Source of the DNA: a virus
IMG/VR virus record: IMGVR_UViG_3300023184_009676
Location: 1-64,000 of that record
DNA: 64,000 nt
Strand: one strand, 5' to 3'
Positions 58,001 through 64,000 of this stretch are shown here, in pieces. The position numbers and the translations under genes are program-made. Under the pieces are notes generated by a model. It was not told the DNA's origin and made no database searches. It saw nothing but the letters and a program-made list of their open reading frames with translations. How positions within the stretch are numbered: the first letter of the stretch is position 1; every line of letters starts with the position of its first letter.

Positions 58001-59806
58001 GAAGGCGGATATCATAGTAAAAATATTATCGGTGATCAATGGCTGGACTTTTATGTAAAAAATTGGGGAGTTTACGCTGCTCCAAATTGTCCCAATTATG
58101 GAACTCACGAAGAACGTCTTGCTAAGAATGATAATTATTTGATACTTTCATCATTTACAAGCGGCGCGCTTAATATTTATGCCCGAGGATTAAACTATTA
58201 TCCTTATTTTAGTAATTGGACTTATAGCAAAATGAATGGTCTGGGAAATATAGGAGTTGCAACCAAGCAAATTAATTTAGTTAGTGAATCTTATTATAAT
58301 TTTGATTTAAAAAATATATTTCCTACTAAGACTGTCCCTTTAAGTGGCGATTTCTATTTTTCTGGGGGTTTTAATATTGGCCCCTTCCCTCAAGACGTTG
58401 AGCTTTGCGTTTCTGGAACAGACTCTATAATTCCTAGTGGCTATCTTTTTGTAGATGGGGAACAAATGACTTTTGATTATCTTGGCAACTGTCCAATAAA
58501 TAATATGGAAAACTTTGTTCCTAATTCTGGAATTATCCTAGGCCAAGCAGGAAGGGGCTCTCTTTTAACTACTTTTAAATTGATTCCTTCTGGTTCATAT
58601 GTAAATTTAAATGTCAAAAGTTTTACTTCTATTGGATCTGGATTAGTTGGATTTACTGGAGCTTCAACTGTAACTATTCGCCCAAGGACTTTATTGGGGG
58701 CGGTTAACGTTGATAATTATGATGATTATGGATATCCATTCATTTCTGGAGACTATAGGGCCAATATGGATTCTTCTAATTATATAAATAATGGCTCAGA
58801 AAGTCTTTTTTCAATAAGTCTTAATCAATTTACGGATTTGATTGGTCAAACTATATCAAAGCAGACCCCCGTACTCTCAGAAATCATTTTCCCTATTCCT
58901 GGTTCTGATTTCATTCCTTATTTGAGTGGATTGGGTCTAGTTAGATCTGATGCAAATGGCAACTATGTATTTACTACTACAAACGGACCCACTTATGATT
59001 ATTGGATAAATAAAAATCCTTATGCTCTTTTTACTGGCGTTAGAGAATCTACAAGGCTTTCAGTTAAGATTGAAGATATCTCCATGGATTATTCTGCTAT
59101 ACCATATCAAAATTATAAAAATATCGTTGTATCTGGTGGATGTACAATAAGTGGAGAATTTTCTTATACTGGACAAGCAGAGAGCGCAATAATTTCCCAA
59201 GGTATAGTTTTGTCTGGATGGACTGGAAGCGGATATTCTGCCGCCGTATTAAAAGATCTTTCCGCCCCAATCTATGTGTCTGATATATTGAGTCGTCTTC
59301 CTGGAAATTCAATTCCTTCTGGACAAGGTATAAATTATCTTTTGGAGGCCCCTTCTTTGATGAAAAAGAGAAAGAACTTTTTTAGAATTACTGGAGGCGA
59401 TACTTATATTGATGCCGCACCACCAGACGTAACTAATTATAATAAATTTGCTTGGCCAGCCTTGAGCGATTTAGCGACATTAAATCCAAAAATAGTTTAC
59501 GAAGAACTTCCTCCAGAAGATGGATTTATATTTCCCACGGACAATTTGATATTTAGCGCCTCTCAAGGTCAAACTATTTTGACGGGTGCGACATCTGGGA
59601 CGAAATTTAATCCAATAGAAAATGTCACTTATCAAGCGATTTTGAACTACGCTTTCCTAGATAGTACCGCAACCAATTCATTATATAATTCTGGTAAATG
59701 TATTTTCCCATTTGCAGAAGGGTCTAATATAATAAACAGCGGTAATTTGACTGGAGTCCTTGTTAACGAAGGTACTCCATTGGCAGTCTATGTGAATTTT
59801 GTATAA
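55007..59806 (+). CDS. Large SG/TG-rich virion/tail protein
   Basis: 1599 aa; composition like the other structural genes; GTATAAT 6 nt upstream. Confidence 0.55.
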   Translation: MSINSQLFGLASSVVYIREGGSATAKNIIQAMSNAFGGTNDDGTYAYNLFQADTGILYTNGFDLSYASYANLENTVSPFVGNVPVLSVGVSALTYGYGNYYSIGESKIVNYINKFNAAMGYSNISITESNFDSIFSSLSLHGINNDVINSPDAANPLGKNVNYNWYDSSVLFGLDKSTTHTNVIKDIENQYYYLTGKLIYDPIPGDLVKCISSGALINTSSGVISINYILNQPCYDADSYVGPVSGINFYRTFNDGPGTSGYFDDAVAQEYANFDKAILAKEDYSSNNRALYSYQTDQSGNYLFLKSGVNIDVPGVFNQSEEYGAGHTNKISVGQYCSFTGYYAEGVPLMRMHQGDNQLKWNVQKSYVGDYPNGICVITSSLKNWTGWKLVDFELDESQSVYFENVLTNPDANLKRFLKRCLSLTNSKDSHGDPITPYSLVYEYDTGVLACYGPYNAPTDELGHLIPTYVGPPQLNGSADLPGLAFYQTFDNSNFPDSGGEYITINIRPVISSSSAGSINGDSTRTFSSSVSTSTLFSLSGSSHAGLNAAKLNFSKKIDSSGLSGYDDIFKKCLSIGDNFQNSISGTLYPQSNAGFNYSGGVYFSGNEAIYPQDLLHLSKLIGSEYSGVMFLTGFQNINDNSVSLVNRYDSQFYTGNVSNGVKTTGENIGYYYFQDTILGASNAGWENFAPIPPDVQNDADYLPYFSGIYSGISLTSKVENYLPRYYSGPYRSYSIKFLYPNASGATAAYNSKLNGFPYKITYSMTIKEESARELYCLSGLYSSTQNLYPIRANSFGGISALNELMPTMFLSPYTYNFEANKTIYPDSGQFSNSAYFNGFVNGFYVPNFRNNLSDPYYAPNYCTQSFLNSNTYQDSCSFVNGIKTTGKVNYKVIYTGGGLTNKVGFIEPALDSTLFWNYSSNKITGEAFYTPPVFDLSTYKINPPQSFLDATVNKLFGKKTDPTFSNNGLVRTGILVDGFDPIFYEYVGGRIGSGANNEGGYHSKNIIGDQWLDFYVKNWGVYAAPNCPNYGTHEERLAKNDNYLILSSFTSGALNIYARGLNYYPYFSNWTYSKMNGLGNIGVATKQINLVSESYYNFDLKNIFPTKTVPLSGDFYFSGGFNIGPFPQDVELCVSGTDSIIPSGYLFVDGEQMTFDYLGNCPINNMENFVPNSGIILGQAGRGSLLTTFKLIPSGSYVNLNVKSFTSIGSGLVGFTGASTVTIRPRTLLGAVNVDNYDDYGYPFISGDYRANMDSSNYINNGSESLFSISLNQFTDLIGQTISKQTPVLSEIIFPIPGSDFIPYLSGLGLVRSDANGNYVFTTTNGPTYDYWINKNPYALFTGVRESTRLSVKIEDISMDYSAIPYQNYKNIVVSGGCTISGEFSYTGQAESAIISQGIVLSGWTGSGYSAAVLKDLSAPIYVSDILSRLPGNSIPSGQGINYLLEAPSLMKKRKNFFRITGGDTYIDAAPPDVTNYNKFAWPALSDLATLNPKIVYEELPPEDGFIFPTDNLIFSASQGQTILTGATSGTKFNPIENVTYQAILNYAFLDSTATNSLYNSGKCIFPFAEGSNIINSGNLTGVLVNEGTPLAVYVNFV

Positions 59807-59807
59807 C

Positions 59808-62369
59808 TCAGGATTCTTTCAGTTCCGCGAGCTTACTATAAATTTTATTTTGCTGTGTGGCTATGATGTCTGCGAATACGCAATCATCTTCCATTTTTGT
59901 GCCGCATACAATAACAATGTCCCCTTCTTTTGGCATACCATTATTTAAAGACTTGCATTGCTCAAGTTTATCTTTAAAAATCATCACCTTCAAGCTTCCT
60001 GTTTCGTCGCTAATTTGAAATCTGCCATAAGCATTTCCATTTTTCGTTTTTCCCGTCTTTGGCGACTCTTCTAATATTCCAATAAAATCGCACTTTGTTT
60101 TTTCTCCATATCCTTGAATATCCGCAATAGATTCAAGTGTCTCTTTTTTTGAAATGAATATATCAATCAATTTTTTACCATGAGTATATCCAATCAACTT
60201 GTTCTCATACCACCAATTTGCAAAATCCATACATCCTTTATTCTGCAAATAAATTAATTTATATTTTTCAGAATGCTTTTTTATGGTTTCAAATCTGGAA
60301 GCCTTGATAAGGTTTTTGCCTTTTTCGTCTTTAATCGTTTCTACAAGAGCTTTAACTGTTTTAGATACGCTATCTTCATAATTTCTGGCATAATTAATAA
60401 CATGCCTCTTCTCTTTATCGGTCAAAATATTCCAAAGTTGAGCTTCATAAACCAGTAATGGGCGATTATTAGATAAACTATCAAGTGTCCCCGCCTGAAT
60501 GAGCGCAGAAAGAACTCCTATTCCAAGACCAGCCTCCTTAGAAGATTCAAAAAGTTCGAATTTATTAGAGTGACGTCTTTTAAAGTTGTTAAACTTTTCA
60601 ATTGTTTTTTCACTTACTCCTCTAATAGAAGACAAGCCAAATCGAATATTCTTATCTTCAATAGAAAAGTCAACTTCAGAAAGGGTTAAGCTAGGAGGCA
60701 GCAACTCTACTTTTAAGGCATTCATTTCTTTGTGAATTTTGGATATCTCGCCAATGGGGTCGGGTTCATGCCTAGTCATTTTCAATAATGACAAATAGAA
60801 CTGAGTGGGATGATTAAACTTCAAATAGACTGTCTGCGCGCATAGGACAGAATAAGAAAAGCTATGAGATTTATTAAATTGATAGCCGCCAGAGTCTTCA
60901 ACGATTTTCCAGAAGACTTCTCCCACTTCTTTTGGAAGGTTATTTTCTTTAACTTTTTCTTCAATCTTGGCTTTCCAAGTCTTGATTTCTTCGATTTTCT
61001 TTTTACCAATGCATCGACGAATCTGTTCTGATTCATCCAGAGTAAATCCAATTTTATTAGCCATTTTCATAGCCTGCTCTTGATAAAGACACAATCCACC
61101 AGTTTCACGCAATACATCGTCAAAAAATGGGTGAATTGAATCTACCGTTCCAGTATTGGAATAATTAGCAAAATTATCGGCAAACTGCAAAGCTCCTGGT
61201 CGAGCAATTGCCAATACAGCACTAATTTCAGACAAACTCTTTGGTTTAACCTTTTTTGCAACCTTAAAGTTAGTCTCCGCTTCAATTTGGAATAGTCCAT
61301 GAGGATGTTTTAAATCCTGCAAATGCAAATAAATAGATTCATCATTGACATTGATATCTTGAGGTTTAATACCCAAAGATTTACAGCAATCATCAATTAC
61401 AGATACGCTTCTTAAACCAAGTGCGTCCAGCTTTACTGCAAATTCTGCGACCCAGCCCATGTCATAGCTAGAAACCTCTTCTTTGTCAGAAGAAAGTTCT
61501 GTTGGACAACAATCCTCCAATTTATCAAAAGAAATAAGAATTCCAGAAGGATGCACTCCCTTGTTTTTAATTAAATCTTTTAATTTTAAGGCGGTATCAT
61601 AAATCAAAGAGTTGCTCCTGCACCATTCCTGAAATTCTGGCGAAGTCTCATACGCCTCTTTCATATCCATGATGACTCCATGATTCTTTGGAATAAAACC
61701 TGTGACCATAGTCATTTCTTCTTCTGGTTTCATGCCCAAGACTTTGCCAACTTCTTTAATGCAAAGCTTTGCAGAAAGAGTATTCAAAGTAAGAATTTTT
61801 GAAGTTTTACCTTTGTATTTTTGATTGATATAATCAATAACCTTTGAACGCTGATAATAATCAAAATCAATGTCCACATCCATCAGAAGAGAACCTGCAA
61901 GATAAATAATTCCATCAATGACTGTCTTTTTTGAGCGAGTCTTTGAAATGAAGCGTTCAAAATATAATTCGTTTTTTAATGAATCAATTTTTGTTACACC
62001 AATGAGAAAAAGAACAAGGCTTCCTGCCGCAGAGCCTCGACCTGGACCAGTTGGAATATTTTGCTCTCTACAAAAGTTTACAACATCCCATACCAATAGA
62101 ATATAATCAACAAGGCCAAGGTCATTAATTGTATCTAATTCGTATTTGACTCTTGTAGAATAGTCTTTGTATTCCTTTGAGCCTTTAGGATGCCCCAAAG
62201 CAAGAAAACCTTTTTTACAAAGAGAACGCAAAAAATCAAAATTAGAACAATCTTCGCCTAAACCTAAATCTTTTCTATGTCTTTCTTCAATCTTGATTTC
62301 TGGAAGACGAACTCCCTTGATTGGGCTTTCAATAGCGGAGAATTGACTGACAAAATCCAAAGTATTCAT
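59808..62369 (-). CDS. dnaE: DNA polymerase III alpha subunit core (no PHP domain)
   Basis: GPGRGSAAGSLV, LYFERFI, DVDIDF, GVHPSG, KLDALGL, LFQIE, ARPG, YQEQ, YQFNKSHS, IRFGLSSIRGV and a C-terminal OB fold. Confidence 0.93.
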   Translation of the reverse strand: MNTLDFVSQFSAIESPIKGVRLPEIKIEERHRKDLGLGEDCSNFDFLRSLCKKGFLALGHPKGSKEYKDYSTRVKYELDTINDLGLVDYILLVWDVVNFCREQNIPTGPGRGSAAGSLVLFLIGVTKIDSLKNELYFERFISKTRSKKTVIDGIIYLAGSLLMDVDIDFDYYQRSKVIDYINQKYKGKTSKILTLNTLSAKLCIKEVGKVLGMKPEEEMTMVTGFIPKNHGVIMDMKEAYETSPEFQEWCRSNSLIYDTALKLKDLIKNKGVHPSGILISFDKLEDCCPTELSSDKEEVSSYDMGWVAEFAVKLDALGLRSVSVIDDCCKSLGIKPQDINVNDESIYLHLQDLKHPHGLFQIEAETNFKVAKKVKPKSLSEISAVLAIARPGALQFADNFANYSNTGTVDSIHPFFDDVLRETGGLCLYQEQAMKMANKIGFTLDESEQIRRCIGKKKIEEIKTWKAKIEEKVKENNLPKEVGEVFWKIVEDSGGYQFNKSHSFSYSVLCAQTVYLKFNHPTQFYLSLLKMTRHEPDPIGEISKIHKEMNALKVELLPPSLTLSEVDFSIEDKNIRFGLSSIRGVSEKTIEKFNNFKRRHSNKFELFESSKEAGLGIGVLSALIQAGTLDSLSNNRPLLVYEAQLWNILTDKEKRHVINYARNYEDSVSKTVKALVETIKDEKGKNLIKASRFETIKKHSEKYKLIYLQNKGCMDFANWWYENKLIGYTHGKKLIDIFISKKETLESIADIQGYGEKTKCDFIGILEESPKTGKTKNGNAYGRFQISDETGSLKVMIFKDKLEQCKSLNNGMPKEGDIVIVCGTKMEDDCVFADIIATQQNKIYSKLAELKES

Positions 62370-63010
62370 ATTTCTATTTGATATTTTAGCTTATTCCAGA
62401 CTTTGAGATTTAATTGCAAATCAACCAGTGCATTATGCAAGTTGTCATAGTCATGATCTATATTATACTCCTTACCAAGAGAAGTCAAGTTTGTTTTGAT
62501 GCCTTTTATATGTGCGTTCGCCATTGTATACTGATAATCCATCCAAACATCATCATTTGGTCGATAAGGGCGATTCATCTTGACTCCTTGTGCCACGGAC
62601 TTTGTGTCAATTACTTTATTAAGGATAAACGACCAATCTTCACCCATGTATTCAAAATATCCTTTTAATAAATAAATATCAAATCGCAGGCCATTATGCA
62701 TAATGATTTTATCTGCCCATTTTAATGCTTCAAGAATTTTGGGAAACGCTTCGTCGGGCGTGACGCTATTCTTATCAAAATGAGCTTGATTGAATTTCGT
62801 GACCATTGCTGCCCCCGCTCCTATTTTAAATTTACAATCATCCCATTTAATCAATGAATCTATTTCTTCAATGATTTCTTCTCCCTCTACCTTTAGCACA
62901 GCAATTTGCCAAGGTCTATTTACCTGAAAATTTAAATTTAAATTAAATGTTTCGCAGTCAATAAGAGCAATCTTTGCTTTTTTATTAAATCTGATAAGAT
63001 GTTCGTCCAT
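62366..63010 (-). CDS. DEDDh 3'-5' exonuclease (DnaQ/epsilon-like)
   Basis: ExoI IDCET, ExoII HNGLRFD, ExoIII HNALVD; overlaps the dnaE start by 4 nt. Confidence 0.85.
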   Translation of the reverse strand: MDEHLIRFNKKAKIALIDCETFNLNLNFQVNRPWQIAVLKVEGEEIIEEIDSLIKWDDCKFKIGAGAAMVTKFNQAHFDKNSVTPDEAFPKILEALKWADKIIMHNGLRFDIYLLKGYFEYMGEDWSFILNKVIDTKSVAQGVKMNRPYRPNDDVWMDYQYTMANAHIKGIKTNLTSLGKEYNIDHDYDNLHNALVDLQLNLKVWNKLKYQIEI

Positions 63011-63014
63011 AATA

Positions 63015-63776
63015 TTATTTGTTGTTTTCGATTAACCAGCGGTCATAATTAAATGAATCGCTACAAAGATGATTAAACTCTGGCTTTTCTATATTTGTTC
63101 TTTCTGAAATGCATCTAAAAGTGTTATAGGCAATAAAATCAAGTTTTGATTTATAATAAATGCTTTGCGCCTCAAGAGTTTCTAATTTATTATTTTTGCT
63201 ATAGTCAATAGCTTTTTTCCTGAGCAGCCCATCAAATGGGATACCATTGTCTTCTAGAAGCATTATTGGCTTAATTGCGCCAAACTCGGGAACATGAAAA
63301 TGACCTTCGAAAGAATTTAAATGGAGAAAAGAATCGTAGAATGGGATAGCAAGACTCAAATCCTCAGACCACAATCTATGAAGATTTTCAAAGTCTAGAC
63401 AAGCATTATAGTAAAATCCTTCTTTTGCCGCAACACTCCATAGTTTAATTAAAGCTTGATAACCTTTATTGCTCTTGGCAAAGATAATGTATTTGGCTCG
63501 GTTCTTTAACGAGTCGCCGTTCTGATTTTTAATGTCTTTGGTGATCGAAATCCTTAAACCAAATATTAATTTAAGTTTATTCTCTGTGCATCGGGCAATC
63601 GCTTCTAAAAAAGAAGAGACATTATCCTCGACAAGACAAAGATGGTCTTGCTTGGAATGAAGAACTAAATCAATTATAGAAACAGGATAATTTTCAATTG
63701 AACCCGATGATTTATCTAAAGTATTAATTGACTTTCCCAAAGAAAAGTGGCTTTTGTAACAAGCAAGTTTTTGCAT
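63015..63776 (-). CDS. Stand-alone degenerate PHP domain of DNA Pol III alpha
   Basis: KSHFSLGKS, LKLIFGLRI and IIFAKSNKGYQALIKLWSVAAKEGFYY match the DnaE N-terminus; metal ligands are substituted. Confidence 0.8.
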   Translation of the reverse strand: MQKLACYKSHFSLGKSINTLDKSSGSIENYPVSIIDLVLHSKQDHLCLVEDNVSSFLEAIARCTENKLKLIFGLRISITKDIKNQNGDSLKNRAKYIIFAKSNKGYQALIKLWSVAAKEGFYYNACLDFENLHRLWSEDLSLAIPFYDSFLHLNSFEGHFHVPEFGAIKPIMLLEDNGIPFDGLLRKKAIDYSKNNKLETLEAQSIYYKSKLDFIAYNTFRCISERTNIEKPEFNHLCSDSFNYDRWLIENNK

Positions 63777-63816
63777 ATGTTATCATAGTGCCATTGGTTT
63801 AAAAAAAGTCAAGCTT
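63777..63816 (-). promoter_or_regulatory. Sigma70-like promoter (TTGACT...TATGAT, 5 nt before the ATG)
   Basis: The minus strand reads AAGCTTGACTTTTTTTAAACCAATGGCACTATGATAACATATG; shares 17 of 18 nt with the 46410 element. Confidence 0.45.
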
Positions 63817-64000
63817 AAAAATCATCCAGTGCGTCTTTATATTTTTTTTCTACCTTTGTCTCTGGCAATTCGCCTATTGCATTACAATATCTTGGACAAC
63901 CTTTATAAACTGCTTCTTCTATGATTTGCCCTTCTTTGAGAATAATATCTTCTTTCTTTTTGTAAGACTTGATTTCTTTTCCATCTTTTTTAACAATATA
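63815..64000 (-). CDS. C-terminal 61 aa of a gene that starts beyond the window
   Basis: Open frame YIVKKDGKEI...YKGCPRYC...DALDDF followed by a stop. Confidence 0.55.
   Translation of the reverse strand, partial: YIVKKDGKEIKSYKKKEDIILKEGQIIEEAVYKGCPRYCNAIGELPETKVEKKYKDALDDF

Noticed and set aside
249-62668. Numerous 60-160 aa antisense or alternate-frame ORFs in the ORF track
   Set aside because: They are shadows of long genes with biased codon usage and have no independent motifs or start signals.
59808-63776. Split intein joining the DnaE pieces
   Set aside because: No intein N-terminal (C/S-start block A) or C-terminal HN motifs are visible at the ends of the PHP or core ORFs.
1-64000. 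Alternative genetic code (stop-codon reassignment)
   Set aside because: Long ORFs tile the window under the standard code, and TAA, TGA and TAG all occur as real gene ends.
1-64000. tRNA, rRNA or structured ncRNA genes
   Set aside because: Intergenic gaps are short (up to about 120 bp) and AT-rich; only two terminator hairpins were seen.

Overview
The window is part of a large, AT-rich, tailed dsDNA bacteriophage genome in the standard genetic code. No sheath gene is recognisable, so it is probably siphovirus-like. The plus strand carries a morphogenesis operon: scaffold C-terminus, capsid decoration protein, major capsid protein, about 17 kb of fibre/lectin/signal-peptide genes with one homing-type endonuclease, neck and tail genes, a 2765-aa tape measure protein (TMP), tail-tip genes and two ~1600-aa virion proteins. 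An inverted four-gene island (Whirly/PC4-like protein, GT4 fusion, GT9 half, Rad52-like protein) interrupts the tail module. The right end holds a minus-strand, split DNA polymerase III alpha: a degenerate PHP gene, a DEDDh exonuclease gene and the DnaE core gene. The best candidate for a new system is inside the TMP. An array of (S/A)xG(x)xPNF(A/G) linker motifs delimits three unrelated, equally sized (~240-260 aa) globular domains, one of which resembles the HopA1/phosphothreonine-lyase effector family. This suggests a swappable cargo-cassette system delivered into the host during DNA ejection. Other notable signals are a GT9 glycosyltransferase split across two genes, Ser/Thr-Gly-rich virion proteins versus Thr-Asn-rich signal-peptide proteins, and a recurrent GTGTAAT putative late promoter. 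All family assignments come from motif recognition and synteny by eye; no database searches were run.
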